This document shows, one piece after another, positions 12,900 to 25,437 of a stretch of 124,000 nt of DNA (position 1 is its first letter; the number at the start of each line of letters is the position of its first letter). The stretch covers positions 20,001 to 144,000 of the forward strand of contig NW_008806284.1 of the NCBI RefSeq assembly GCF_000400465.1. Reading direction: 5' to 3'. The translations under genes and the position numbers were made by a program. The DNA is from Wallemia ichthyophaga EXF-994. Lineage: Eukaryota; Fungi; Basidiomycota. Under the pieces are notes generated by a model. It saw nothing but the letters and a program-made list of their open reading frames with translations, had not been told where the DNA came from and searched no databases.

Positions 12900-13513
12900 C
12901 TAGATGAGGCATCCGACGGCAGTGAGGAGGAGAGCAGCGGCAGCAGTAGCGACGCCGGTGTGAGTAGCTGAGCTATCGTCGTCGTCGGTGTTGTCGCCGT
13001 CGCCATCGTTATTATTGTTAGGGTTAGTAGGGCTAGGCGAGGCAGTTGACGAAGAAGATGGAGTGTAGTTCTCGCTGAACGAGCTAGCCTGCGATGGGCT
13101 GAAGTTGGCGAAAGCTTTACCGTAGACTTGCGCTTGGGCCGAAAGGTTGAAACCGCCGTTGCTCAAACAGTCGACACATTCGTCGTTGCTGTTGAGTGTG
13201 TGCACCATTTCGGGATACACACACGAGTAGTATTCGGTAGTGTTGCCATTCGCGCTGTCGTGGCAATCGAGGTCTGATTGACGGAAATTCGAGCACGAGT
13301 TGTCGTAGCAGTTGCTCAGCTGGTCGTTGTGCGATGGGGTGACTGTATCCGTGGCGTCCGTGTCTGCTGAGGCGTCCGTGTCTGCGGAGCCGGTGTTGCT
13401 GCCGTCTGCAAGTGCAAATTAGTTGTCTGTGCCTGTGCGCAACAAGCCCACTTACCCTGAGCAAGAACACCAGTGAGGAGAAGGGCTGTAGAGAGAAGAG
13501 CTGTGATTTGCAT
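12900..13513 (-). CDS. Small secreted Cys-rich, probably GPI-anchored protein
   Basis: Signal peptide MQITALLSTALLLTGVLA, one intron, six Cys, Ser/Thr/Asp linker, hydrophobic C-terminus AAAALLLTAVGCLI. Confidence 0.75.
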
Positions 13514-13632
13514 AGTCCTTGTATAAGAGTTGCTTGTGTTGGTTGTTACACTGCAAGAAGCCCCTGCACAGCCATTCTATTTAAATTTCGGCGGACAAAG
13601 TTCTGTGCATAAAAGACAGGGTATGTGCGCGG

Positions 13633-13672
13633 CAGCTGGCAGCTGGCAGGTGCAAGTGGCAGCTGGCAGGTG
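13633..13672. promoter_or_regulatory. Array of six CANNTG (E-box-like) hexamers
   Basis: CAGCTG at 13633, 13640 and 13660; CAGGTG at 13647 and 13667; CAAGTG at 13653; ~120 bp upstream of the GPI-protein ATG. Confidence 0.35.
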
Positions 13673-13989
13673 ACAATGCGTGGCTGGTGTTTGCGCTTTT
13701 CCTTGTGCTTCTATTGCTTTTCTTGAGGCTGGTTCCTGAACGTACCCACTGAAACGATGCTGTGCTGTGCTGGCCATGTCGCCGATTAGAGGGTGGCGAG
13801 TGGATGAGTGGGTGCATGAGCGTGAGTGTGAGTGAGAATAACAAGAACAATATGGATATGCATATGAATTGCCCACAAGAAGACGCTAGGTCTCTCGGTG
13901 AATGAAACACCATCAGCGACTACAACGCCACGAATATTTTGTATTATTTATACATCTAATCCAACACACCTTGTTGCCGTCATACAACC

Positions 13990-14897
13990 ATGCGTCTAGC
14001 GATAATCGGCGGAAACGGATTCCTGGGCTCAGCGATAACGAAAGCCGCGGTCGGGCGCGGTTGGCAAGTGAGCAGCGTGAGCCAATCTGGGCGGCCATAT
14101 GCGTCACCGTCAGGCCACGCGCCGAAATGGACGAGCAGGGTGGGTGAGCGGTGCGAGAGGTGCGACGCACGCTAAACTAGCTGGACACACAGGTAGAGTG
14201 GCACCGCGGCCATGTGTTGGACGCGGAAACGTACCGGGAAGTGATAGCGGAGAGCGATGCGGTAGTGCACACGCCGGGTATACTGCTCGAATCTGACTAC
14301 AAGGGGGGAGTTATGGGTGCACTGAATGCACTGTGGCACTCGCACCAGCCCCCAAACCCGCTAAGTGGGGGACAGTACGAGCGGGTGAATAGAGACGCGG
14401 CTATGACGGTGTCTGGAGTGTTTCAAAAGACCAGAAGCGGCTCATCTGTAGATAACCCGTTCGTTTATGTCTCGGCAGCTGATGTATTCAGACCGCTGAT
14501 ACCGGCACGGTACATTTCAACTAAGAGGGAGGCGGAGGAGTGGATTGCTGGACTGGACGGTGTTAGAGCGGTGAGCCTCAGGCCGGGACTCATGTACCAT
14601 CCTCACACTAGACCGCTGTCGACCATTCCAGCGACGCTGATTGATGGACTCAATCATCTGACTAGGTGCGGCGAGGCGAATGCAAAGAGCATCCAACACA
14701 CGCAGCACATGCACTCATCACAATCATCACAATCATCACAATCCTCACAATCCTCATACAGCATTCTCAACTTGCTCCACACAAATGCTCTGCATATCGA
14801 CACAGTCGCAAACGGGGCACTCGAAGCTATCGCAGACAGCAGCGTGAGGGGGGCGCTGAGTGTGGAGGCCATCAAAGCGCTAGCCTGGAAGAATTGA
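13990..14897 (+). CDS. COQ11: Atypical SDR/NAD(P)-binding epimerase-like protein, Coq11/YLR290C family
   Basis: IIGGNGFLGSAI, VVHTPGILLE, FVYVSAAD, ARYISTKREAE, LRPGLMY. Confidence 0.7.
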
Positions 14898-14989
14898 GTG
14901 GAGAGAAAAGAATAAAATTTTACATATTTGGTCATATTTGATCATTGCGTGGTATTTGTGCTATTGATAGGCATATTCAGCGAGCGACG

Positions 14990-15832
14990 ATGAGAGTAAG
15001 GGGGATTGTTGAGAAGGGTAGACGCAGCACTCACGCGTGCTACAAGGAATGGCTCAATGTGCTACAGTACCGCACGAACCACAAGAAACCAGGGCGGCGG
15101 AAGAGGAGGGCGAGTGAGACGTCCAAAGACAGCGATAGTGAGGGAGGCGATGGCGATCGGGGGCTATCCAGCAAGCACCTCAACAAGCTCAAGCCGCTGC
15201 TCATGTCCAACTGTTCCGACACGCCTCTGCACATGAGTGGGGTGAGCATCGACACCAACACCAACTTGCACACCACGCTCGGCACTCCGCACGACACGGT
15301 GGATGAGAGTATTGGCGAAAAGGTCGAGAAGATGGCTCTGCGCGCGAAAACCAGAGCGTCTCTACCGCCTCCCAACAAGCTGCACTTGCAGAACACACAT
15401 GCTTACGACTTGGCGAAACTGTCAGAGCTGCGCGATAGTGACGAGAATTACGAGAAAGTTCACCGCGTAGCTCGCAAAGAGTGTAATAGACACTGCGCGG
15501 ATTGTCGAACACCAACACCGCTCTGGGCAGTGTATGCACTGCATGGCCAACCTATCGTACTGTTCATCTGCATACAGTGCTCAGGTTGGCACAGGTCGCT
15601 TGGTAGTCATATATCCAAAGTTAAGAGCGTCGAGTTGGATGAGTGGTCTGCTGAGCTTATCGATCTTGCGGAACGCACTGGGAATGTCGTGGGCAATAAG
15701 CTTTACGAAGCAACACTCCCAACCGCCCAAATACCCTCCCCTTCTTCCTCCACTTCAATAGATGTGGGCGAGTTTATTAGGAATAAATACCTCGATCGGT
15801 TGTGGGTGAGTGGGCGCGAGGAGGATAGATAG
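14990..15832 (+). CDS. ArfGAP zinc-finger protein
   Basis: CADC..P.W..ICIQCSGWHRSLGSHISKVKSVELDEW, GN..GNKLYEA, FIRNKY. Confidence 0.8.
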   Translation: MRVRGIVEKGRRSTHACYKEWLNVLQYRTNHKKPGRRKRRASETSKDSDSEGGDGDRGLSSKHLNKLKPLLMSNCSDTPLHMSGVSIDTNTNLHTTLGTPHDTVDESIGEKVEKMALRAKTRASLPPPNKLHLQNTHAYDLAKLSELRDSDENYEKVHRVARKECNRHCADCRTPTPLWAVYALHGQPIVLFICIQCSGWHRSLGSHISKVKSVELDEWSAELIDLAERTGNVVGNKLYEATLPTAQIPSPSSSTSIDVGEFIRNKYLDRLWVSGREEDR

Positions 15833-16175
15833 ATGCGTGTGTAGGTGAGTGTGTGGTTAAGTGCATTTGCACACATGCACACATGACACAATACATAACA
15901 CATAGTAATAATTGTATACCACTACCATGATAATATTAAGAGTTCATATAATGGACAAAATATGGATTATTATGCAAAAGCGCTGCTCAGAACCACCCAT
16001 TTACCCCAAACTTCTTGCGCGAGGCCCACAGATAGTTGCATGTGTCGGAACATGTATAGATGGATATACTTACATATCCATACGCACACTTGTTAAAAGC
16101 AAAGTAATAATCGTTTGTCACTACCATGATAAGAGCATATGTAATAGATCTAGGCAAATTACACAAAAGCACCCC

Positions 16176-18876
16176 TCAGAACCACCCCTTCATCCCCCAC
16201 TTCTTCTCCTTCTTGCGCTCAGCTTCGTGCTGCTTAGCCATGACTTTATCAATTTCCTTCTGCTCTTTCCTGAGTTTCTTGTCGTCTTTCTTCTCAGATT
16301 TCTTGTCTTTATCTTTCTTCTCAGGCTGTCTCGCCTTATCCTTGTTTATATCGTCGACTGGGGTGGGTGGAAGTGCAGGCTTAACTTCATCACTCCAATA
16401 CTTGCGATCGTAACCCTGTTGGAGGTTAGCCAAGTAGCGATGTTGTGCCTGTTCAGGGGAGAGATCAGGAGTCTCCTGTCTATTTTTATCCGAGAGTTGC
16501 GAGTGCGGGTCGTGCATATATCGGTCAGGTTTATTTAAGGCGGTGGAAGTACCCGCGAATGTCTTCTGCGCGTCATTGGCAGTAGCTAACGACGACGCAC
16601 CCTCTCCATACACATACCCCGTGTCGAGATTGCGCACGTTGTCGAGGAAGCGTGTTGGGGTTAGTATGTCGGTAGATCCTGTGTGAGTGTGAGTGTGTAT
16701 TCAAGTGCTATTACGCATTATGCATTGTGCACTTTGCACTCTGCACACCGCTCTCTCTTCACCCACCTATCAATACATCCCGCTGGTGTGTTTCACAAAC
16801 CTCATAAACACTCTGCACCTCGCTATATGTCATACCACCACAGACGTAAACGAGAATTTTGTTGCGGGTTTGTTGTGTGTTTTGTGTTGGGGTAAGACCG
16901 CGGGTTGATCCACCATTTCCATTCACGCTGGCGTTGGCATTCGTATTGCCTTCCACACTACCACTCCCGCCCCCTCCACTCACGTAGGACGCACTACGCG
17001 AGGCAGATGCCCAGGTCGCGCGAGCTGAGCGCAGGCTGCCTTGGGAGGGCGCTGGTGTGGTTGAGAGTGAGGAGGGAGATGAAGAGCTAGTAGCGGGGTG
17101 GGATTGAGAGTGAGGAGCGTTGCGAGGCCGTGAGTGAGAATTTGAGGAGCGTAGACTGAGGTTGCTGCTGCCACTGCCATTACCAGAAGGTGGTTTAAGA
17201 GAGTCTCCTGACGCATCAGCACCACCACCCTCCTCCACCCCATCCAGCCTGCTAAAGACACCCGTGTCGAGCTTGCCGTGTATTAGATCGGTGAGGGTGG
17301 TTTTGAGTGCGGGGATATATCTGCTCGTATCGTACGCATCGTCGTCCGACTTGCCCTTGTATTTGTATCGCCTGAATGCTTGCTGCTCGCTATCATTTTT
17401 GTTGACGCGCACACCTATATAGACAAGGTTATCGATGGCTTTGTGGTCATTTGGAGCCAACCGAGCATGCTGGTAGAGCCTCCTCTTATCCTCATCGCTG
17501 ACGCCATCTTTGAAGAGAATGTAGAGAGCAATGATGCGAATTTTGTCGCGGTTGAGGAGAGTGGGGTGGTCGAGGAGAGGTACCATCTGTTCTATGAGAT
17601 GGCGAGGTGTGCGATTATCGGCGGTTAGACCAGTCGCGCAGCATTGCTCGACGTCTGAGACTTGCATGAGGTTGCGATTGTTCACCTCACCCATAAGCTG
17701 GTCGGAGAGAGTGGTGTGGATGTACGCCTTGTCTTTTATGTCGGCGTGATCTGTCAACCCAGCTAACATACCCCTCAGACCATCCAAACCACTTGCATTC
17801 TTTAGGTCCTGATCTGCTCTTTCTGCCTGACGGGCTAACTCACCCACTTTGTCAATAGCATCTTTTAGGTGAAGGTGACGGATATCACACCAGATAGAGT
17901 CAGAGTAGTCGGATAAGGGGTGTTGCTTGGTGAGACCTTGTGATTGGCTGGATTTGTAGGAGAAAATGGGTGGAATAGAACAAGAGTCAAGGGAGCGTTG
18001 TGTGAGCAGATCGTTTGTGAGGGATTGGTAGGAGAAGTTATGGAGAAGGGGGAGCGCGAGGTCTAGAGTACGATCAGTGATGAGGAGGGTAGGGTTGGTT
18101 GCTGAGTTAGCCAGACCAAAGTCGTGGTTGTCGCGCTTGATCTGGGTTAGTTGTTTGGACAGAGCCACAGCAACTCTTCTCGCCACGCCAGAACCCTTTT
18201 GAGAGGAAGAGAAGGAGGATTTCCAAGAGGATTTCTTTGGGATTGGAGGGGAAGGGTTTGAGTTGAGGTAGTTGCCCGTTGAGGTAACTGGAGTTGCATA
18301 GGTGCCAACACCGTTGATAGAATTCTGGTATAAGATGATTGGGTGGATGTTTAGAGCGAGTAGGATATTCTCAAGGGATTTAACAGTTAGGGCCACTTGT
18401 AATTCACTTGAAGGGTAGTTGGTTGGTTGTGAGTAGTAACTGTGAAATGCACTGGGTTGATTTGTAGAGAAAGCCCGTGATTCAACTATAGTGTAGTTCA
18501 AAGGGATTTCCTTGAGAGTTACTAGCTTTGGTATAACACCACTGTTGATTATTTTAAATTCAAGTGATTTTGAAAGGGAGTCAAGGAGGTATAAGTGATT
18601 CTGATATGGTGATTGGGAGATGCACCTAATGACCCTATCAATTGAATGGGTTGTTGGGAGAATAAAGAATATTTTATCGAATCCATTTTCATTGTAATTG
18701 TTAACGATATCTTCCAATAATACTATTTGAGTGATTGATAGTTGTAATATCTCACTTAAAGGCATTATACTTAGTAAAATATCTCTGCTTGGAATATCAC
18801 ATATCAACTCCCTCCATCCACTCCCCTTCAAAACCCTCACAACCATCTCCTTTTTTATTTCGTTCAAGTTGGTCAT
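16176..18876 (-). CDS. SEC1: Sec1/Munc18 SM protein
   Basis: LLITDRTLDLALPLLHNFSYQ, DSIWCDIRHLHL, EQCCATG, VYVCGGMTYSE; intron near 16683-16760 joins VLIG to GSTDILTPTRFL. Confidence 0.88.
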
Positions 18877-18893
18877 CGTTGTTATAAACCACC

Positions 18894-20913
18894 ATGAGTA
18901 ATTCTAATTTACCAGATTTCTTTAAATCAAATTCAAAACCCAATAATAACTTTAAATCAATTTGGAATAATAACGACGCTTTACCCACACTTTCCTTTAC
19001 AGATTCTTTGAATTCTTTTAACCAATTGGATTTGAATGGCACTAATAATGTCATTGACAATAATAATGTCATTGATACTGGTACTGTCATTAACACTGGT
19101 ACTGCCATTGATAATCCCACTCCCTCTCACTCCCTCAACGCTACTCCTCAGCTTCATCAGATACATCCACAGCCATACAATCCCACCCACACTCACCCAC
19201 AGATGCACTCACAAACACCCCCTACAATTCCTCCCACTCTCCCCACTCCCCCCTCCACCGATCAAATCATCCGCCACCAAGAACTACAGGACCTCAAAAG
19301 ACGCAGAAAAGCTATAAAAATTAGCTCCATGTCCAATTACAATCACTTAATGACCCCCTCCGACAAATCTTACATCCTGAGAATTCAACTCAGCTCACTA
19401 GCAACCGCTGACCCCTACACCGACGACTTTTACGCTCAAATCTACTCAATTCTTATGCGTAAGAATCAAGGTGTTCTCAACGTTGGTGGTATGGCTCTCT
19501 CCGTCGCTGCTGGCTCTACCCACTCCGGCATCGGCATCGGCGCTGCTAAAAAGTTACGCGATCAAATCGATAAAATTGTCAGATCAAAGAGGCAGAATCA
19601 GCTAGACGATAAAAACAATCTCAACCAAGAAAACTCCCTCGTCGGCGCTCTAGGCACATCCACTAAAACTAATTCCAGAGCCCCAAGACAGGTACTTCAA
19701 ATCGATTCTGACATTTCCTCCGAGTCAACAAAGGCTTCCGCAATAGATGTCCTCTCCTCCCTTCAGAAAGGTTACCCCATCTCTTCCAACTCGTCAAACT
19801 CCCCTCAACCCCCACTCACACGTCGTCAGTGTCTGATGGCTTCTGAGAAGCTGTACGATCATGTACTCGCTCTTGAAAGTCTTGCCAGGTCTAAACCGAA
19901 TGAGTCACCCACTGAGCAAGTCAATGAAGAAGATCATGTACAATCCACCCAAGCCTGGCAATCACAATACGCCAACCACATTGACGCTGTGTGGAAGGGG
20001 TTGAGAGTGATGGAGCCGCTCGAACTATCCAATCCTCATCCCTTCATCTCCTTAATCGCCCTCCCCAAAACATCCAAGCTCCTCCCCAGAGCAACTCGAC
20101 ACCTCGACCACCAACAAATCCTCACTATCAACACTCTCATCATTGCGTGTTTCTCCCAACTCCTCTCTCTCCAAGATAGCTGTGGTAGTTTTGTCGAAGC
20201 TTTCTTGAGTGGTGTGGTGCCGCAATTTATGAGTATGATTGCTGGCGTTAGTTTGCGCCTGGTGGCTGGAATGCTTGCGTTGTTTGTTGAGCGCAACGAT
20301 GTCGTAACTGTGGCGCAGTCTAAGGTGTGCATTTGGCATTTCAGCTTCTCGCTTCATCTCATTCTAACATAACCCTCCACAGCCCGGTCTAGCCTTCCTC
20401 ACCATCCTACTCAGCAGAGCTGAGATACTCAAGCAGATCCCGCTTGGTGTCGAGCAGGCACCTGCGCCTGAAGAGACAGCTCAATGGTGGGTATACCCTT
20501 AGATTAGCGCTCAGCCAAACTAACACTCCTCTCACTCACACAGGGACCAGATCTTCTCCCTCTTCTTGCACAAACTCCTCACTCACCTCCCCCACCTCTT
20601 CCCTTCGCAGCGCGAGAAAGCTGCGCGCGGGTTTGGTGGAGTGCCTGGTGTGCCCGCCGTTGACACCCACACCACCACTCTCCTCCTCGACAACGACGAT
20701 GAGAGCGTGTGGCGCTTCCTCGCGGCTATTGCACTCAACAGCGATAACATCCAGCAATCTTCCCTCGTGCAAGACGTGCGTGATGTCGTCCATGAAAACG
20801 TAGTCTCGGCTCAACAAGCTTGGGTACCTGCGCAGAGTGCTCATAAGAGGATAAGCAACGTTAACGTCTTTTTGCATGCCCTCGGCTTGGATGTCAGTCA
20901 GTTGGGTGTATAG
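18894..20913 (+). CDS. PAT1: mRNA decay/decapping factor Pat1
   Basis: LMTPSDKSYILRIQLSSL..DPYTDDFY, LEVMEPLE..PHPFIS, DVVHENV; one intron. Confidence 0.8.
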
Positions 20914-21010
20914 GGTCTGTAAACGGTTATTTGTAGTTTGTGCAATGTGCCTTGCCATCGTTGCTCACTGCTAATATATTACAATGAATATTTATCATTT
21001 AAGTCATTAT

Positions 21011-22140
21011 TTATCTTCCTTTACCTCCTGACACACGTTTCTGGAACACGCCATGTCTCATAATTTCATCCTTCCGTTGGAAAGTTGCATAAATTGCTTG
21101 AATTGCTTGAATTGAAACAAGAATCTGTTTCCTTATCGAGATTGCTAAAACTAAGATGAAAGATGACCAAGCCACATTCGGATGGAAGTACGTCCATTGA
21201 CCAGTAGCGCACACTCTCTACAAGCCCCGACATTAGTCAAGAAACATTATCTGTAATTCTGCACCTCTTTAAAATCTTTGCACTTTAAGAAGTTTTGATG
21301 GACGCAGTTTAAATGTCTTAACATTAAATTCAGATTTCATCAACACATTCGTTTACAAGATAGTTTACATCGTTTATCTACATGACTAAGCTACATCGTC
21401 ATATCGATAATACGACTAAATAAGTATTTTGTTTGCTTTGGTGGGCGGCTCGAGAAACGGTAGTTGCAGTAATCAATGCTCTTACCCCACAACTCTTCCT
21501 TGCTAGAACCAATTGACTGAAACTTTTCCACCATTTGAGGGTAGTTGTATGCTGGAGATCCTATTACAACTAGCCCACCCAGCTCCAGCGTGACTTGTTG
21601 TGAGTGTACTTCATAATCTCTTAACGGTTTTCGTGAAAGCTTGATGATCTCGAGAGCATCATTTAAGAATTTTATAGCATTCAGGAAGAGGAATCTCATG
21701 GACAGATAACGACCTGGATGCAGTTGCTGTGTGAAACAAACAGTCACGCCAATAGTATTCTAAATGGTTTGTTAATTGCTTTTGAAGGATGCTATGCGAA
21801 TCACTTTTAACGAATCAGGACCGTCAACCTGTGGACGGATAACATCGTTTATGTACGCGTCTGTATCAAAGCTAACAGACTTCTCGTATGCATCCAGGCC
21901 AACGTCAAGTCTCATTTCATGCATTTTAATCTCATCGCTCACACGCGCGTGCACCGCTGAAATTTTTGACAGTACTCCATGTCACTGCTGTTGCTATTGG
22001 GCTACTACTATTTAAGATATTCTCTATCCTTATTGTCAACGATGTTTGATTTAAACCTTGTCAGAACCTTTATCGATATCAGAATTACACACCTCTTGAG
22101 AGCATGCAGTCGACTAGCGAATCTCACAAAGGCTCTAACA
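21011..22140 (-). CDS. Orphan multi-exon gene or degenerate gene, function unknown
   Basis: Open segments at 21011-21214, 21391-21747 and 21772-21954 with intron-like signals between them; no recognisable motif; 5' end uncertain. Confidence 0.3.
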
Positions 22141-23432
22141 ACCTCCAATGCCTCTCGAGGAGCGGCTTTAGACTATTTTAGAGGTTTGTCTTTATAAATT
22201 CTGTTTTCAAATAGTTTCATTTTGTGGCTCTGGACAACATTGTGAAACATTGAACAACTTTTAAACAGTGCACAAAATGGATCTCATGTCAGATAATAAT
22301 AAAAAACAATGTGAAACTACGGCCTATATTGTATTTACTTAGGCATTTTAATTTACATAATTACACCTCAAACGTATGAACGACATTCAGCACGCTCAAA
22401 TGAAATCAAAGCCGATGATGAATTGTGCTACAGGTGAATCAGCGAAAGCTGTAAAAACAATTCATTAGTCACGTGTTGTCGAATATATGTCATTCTTTCG
22501 CTCACTCATTGAACTGCTTGTGTACACGCAATCAGAGTGTGCGAATGCAGCGCCCTGTAGAAAAGAAAGTTCCACGTGTTTCTAACATGAATTTCTTTTG
22601 CTAGATGAGAGAGAAAGTGAAATGGTAGGTCTTCTTAGTTACAGCTCACACTTAGCTCTGTGAACGCTACGAAACAGAAAGCAAAACACGCGTCTGGAAA
22701 CTTAGCGTACTCCGGTGATTAAAAATTTAAAATTTGAAGCTTGGCGCTTTGTAATTTGACAGCAGAGGATGTTAACAGTACAATGGCGGCCTAGTGGCGG
22801 ACAATAAATCGGACTCCAAGTGGAGGTGAGTCCTAGATGATCGGTAATCCGACTACTTCAACTTCTGGCGCAGGCTAGTAATTAAATAGAAAAATCTGTA
22901 CCCAAAACATACACAAGCTCTTGTATATCTGTTGATAGAAGCCTGCGTAAACACCTTTGGCTAACGAAATGCTTGTTGATTAGGTCTCACAATTTAAGCA
23001 GGATAGTCAGCAAGAGATGTTTCAGAACCGCTGGCTGAAACACCTGCATGAAGGCTTTACACAAGCGAGGAATGTGTCCTGCTGGCCAAGAAGGCATCCA
23101 GGAAACCTGGATCTGCTATATACAGAATTTGTAATCGTGACGTTAAGACGTGCATAAAGGTAGCATGTACAGTCTACAGCGTGACACGTCCACTTTACTT
23201 ATACAGACCAGCTCAGCATGAGTCCCTTGCCCATTACATCGCTACGTATCAAGTTTTCATCAAACATTTTTCTTGTTATCCACAGTATCTCTAACAGCTG
23301 GGTAAATATGCTCTTTCCTTTCTTATCTCACTGCAAAAGATTTGGTATACGTTCTCGACCAGGTATATTATGTTTTGAATGTTACAAGAAAAATTTACGA
23401 TCGCCATCGTCGATATTTCCAACAATCAGCAC

Positions 23433-25258
23433 TCAACACTCAGACACAGATACCGGTATCTTCACCGACGTGGCCAGACCGGCGAGAGAAGTCTCCTTGA
23501 GCTGCGTACTCATCAGCGCGGCCGTCTCACGCATAGCATTGATGGCCATATCAAACGAGACAACGTGTTCGCCGTTGGTGGAGAGAGCTAGCTGAGCGGC
23601 ACTGATAGACTTGACGGCGCCGAGGTAGTTGCGCTCAATGCATGGCACCTGCACGAGACCGTGAGGAATATCGCCTGTGATGAGAGTTAAGAGTGAGCAA
23701 AATAAGACATTCACAAATTCCCTTTAAACTCACAAGTAAGGCCTAAGAAATGCTCTATTCCACACTCAGCCGCCTGGAGTATCTCCTTGGTGCTGCCTCC
23801 ATTGAGCGCCGCGAATCCTGCCGCCGCCATAGACGTAGCACTTCCGACCTCCCCCATGCACCCTGCCTCTGCGGCACTGATTGAAGCACCACGACGTATG
23901 AGCATGGCTATTGCTGCGCTGGTGAGGAGGAACTGTTGCATGTCGGTGTGTGCATCGTGGGATAGGAACTCCAGATAATATTTCAATACCGCCGGTATCA
24001 CACCAGCACTGCCCATAGTGGGGGATGTTACCAGTCGCGCCCCACATGCATTAGCCTCCATCACCGCTATCGAGTAACACATGAGGAAATCTATGGTTTT
24101 CACTTCGTTGTTCCGACGCGGCGGGATAGGGGGTAGGGGATGGGAAATGTTGCCGTGAATCTGTGGAGTGTTTTGCGCGTCTTGGCTGCTTCGCCTATAT
24201 AGCCCGCTCTGTAGCCTACTGTACAACATCTTCCCGCGCTTCTTCACCTTCATTGGGCCGGGCAAATACTCCTCGTTGGCGGATATCCCATTGAGGATGC
24301 TGTCGTCCATTGCGTGCCAGATAGTCGTTAGCTTTGCGTCAATCTCCTCGGGCGTGTACCACGTCAGCTCGTTGTTGTAGACTATCTGCGCAATGGTGAG
24401 GTTGTGCGTTGCGCACAGCTGGAGCAGTTCGTCACCCGTGTGGAAAGGGAAGGGGACTTCTTTGGGTGTGCCTGATGCGCTCGCACCATCCCCGCCCTCC
24501 TCTACCACCTGCACCTCGCGTCTCGACCTATCCACCTCATCCTTCTTGATCGCCTTGTAGAAGACATTCTCCGTGATCTCGGTGTTGTCGTGCACGACGA
24601 ACCCGCCGCCGATCGAGTAGAAGGTGTTAGTGGCGAGCAGATCACCCGACTCAGCGAAAACGCTAATCTGCATCGCGTTCGGATGGCGTGGGAGTGCCTC
24701 GTCCATCCGCCAGTTGATGTCCTTGTGTATATCGAAGGTGACCTTCTTTGTCTGAGAGTTCTCACTGCGCAGCTCAATCGCGCGCTCCTTCTCCACCTTC
24801 TCGAACTTGCCAGGAAGCGTGTTTACATCCATACTCATATCCTCTGGATCGAATCCCTGAAGCCCCCAGCAAATTGCCTTGTCGGTCATGTGCCCACCGC
24901 CAGTCAGGGCTAGCGAGCCATACAGCGTTATTTTCAGCGAGTGCACCTTAGATAGCACCCCGGAATCAGTTAAATCGTTCACGAATATACGCGCTGCGCG
25001 TAACGGTCCGCATGTGTGCGAGCTTGATGGTCCAATCCCAATTGAGAAGAGATCGAAAGTCGATATGACGGCGTGTTCTGTTTTGGGCGTGGTGGTTTGT
25101 GAGTCTGGTGGGTTGGTTGAGGTAGTTGTGCTGTCCGCAACGTCTGCCAGCCACCTCACACGCTGTGAAGCTACTGAAGAACGCAGTGGTTGTGCGCGTG
25201 GGCCCGGGATTTTCAGCATCCTTCCAGCCGCTAAGCTCCTTCTCATCAAAGTCATCAT
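23433..25258 (-). CDS. Fe-S dependent L-serine dehydratase (bacterial SdaA/SdaB single-chain type) with mitochondrial-like presequence
   Basis: [78 protein letters not shown]; one intron. Confidence 0.9.
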
Positions 25259-25437
25259 AGTTTTTATTCAAATCAACGCCCGCATTTTTTGCTCTAATCT
25301 CACTTTGCAATTCACCTGATAAGCATATCGCGCTAGCCCGCTATAGGCGAGTGGATACAGAAATAGAAATAACATCTCGAGCGACATGTACCATGCATTG
25401 AAATCTACCAAGTATTTAACTACTTTTACAAATAAAC

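Noticed and set aside
14710-14760. Short tandem repeats (SSQ here; KDN in EBP2; SDS in BCD1; STSG at 67.9 kb)
   Set aside because: Ordinary coding microsatellites within low-complexity protein regions.
16176-16637. Separate 153-aa gene suggested by the ORF track
   Set aside because: A GT-AG intron joins it in frame to SEC1 (VLIG|GSTDILTP), so it is the last SEC1 exon.
22410-22470. Hairpin as hammerhead ribozyme, SECIS or C/D snoRNA
   Set aside because: It lacks the CUGANGA core, the GA quartet geometry and a matching CTGA D box; kept only as an unassigned hairpin.
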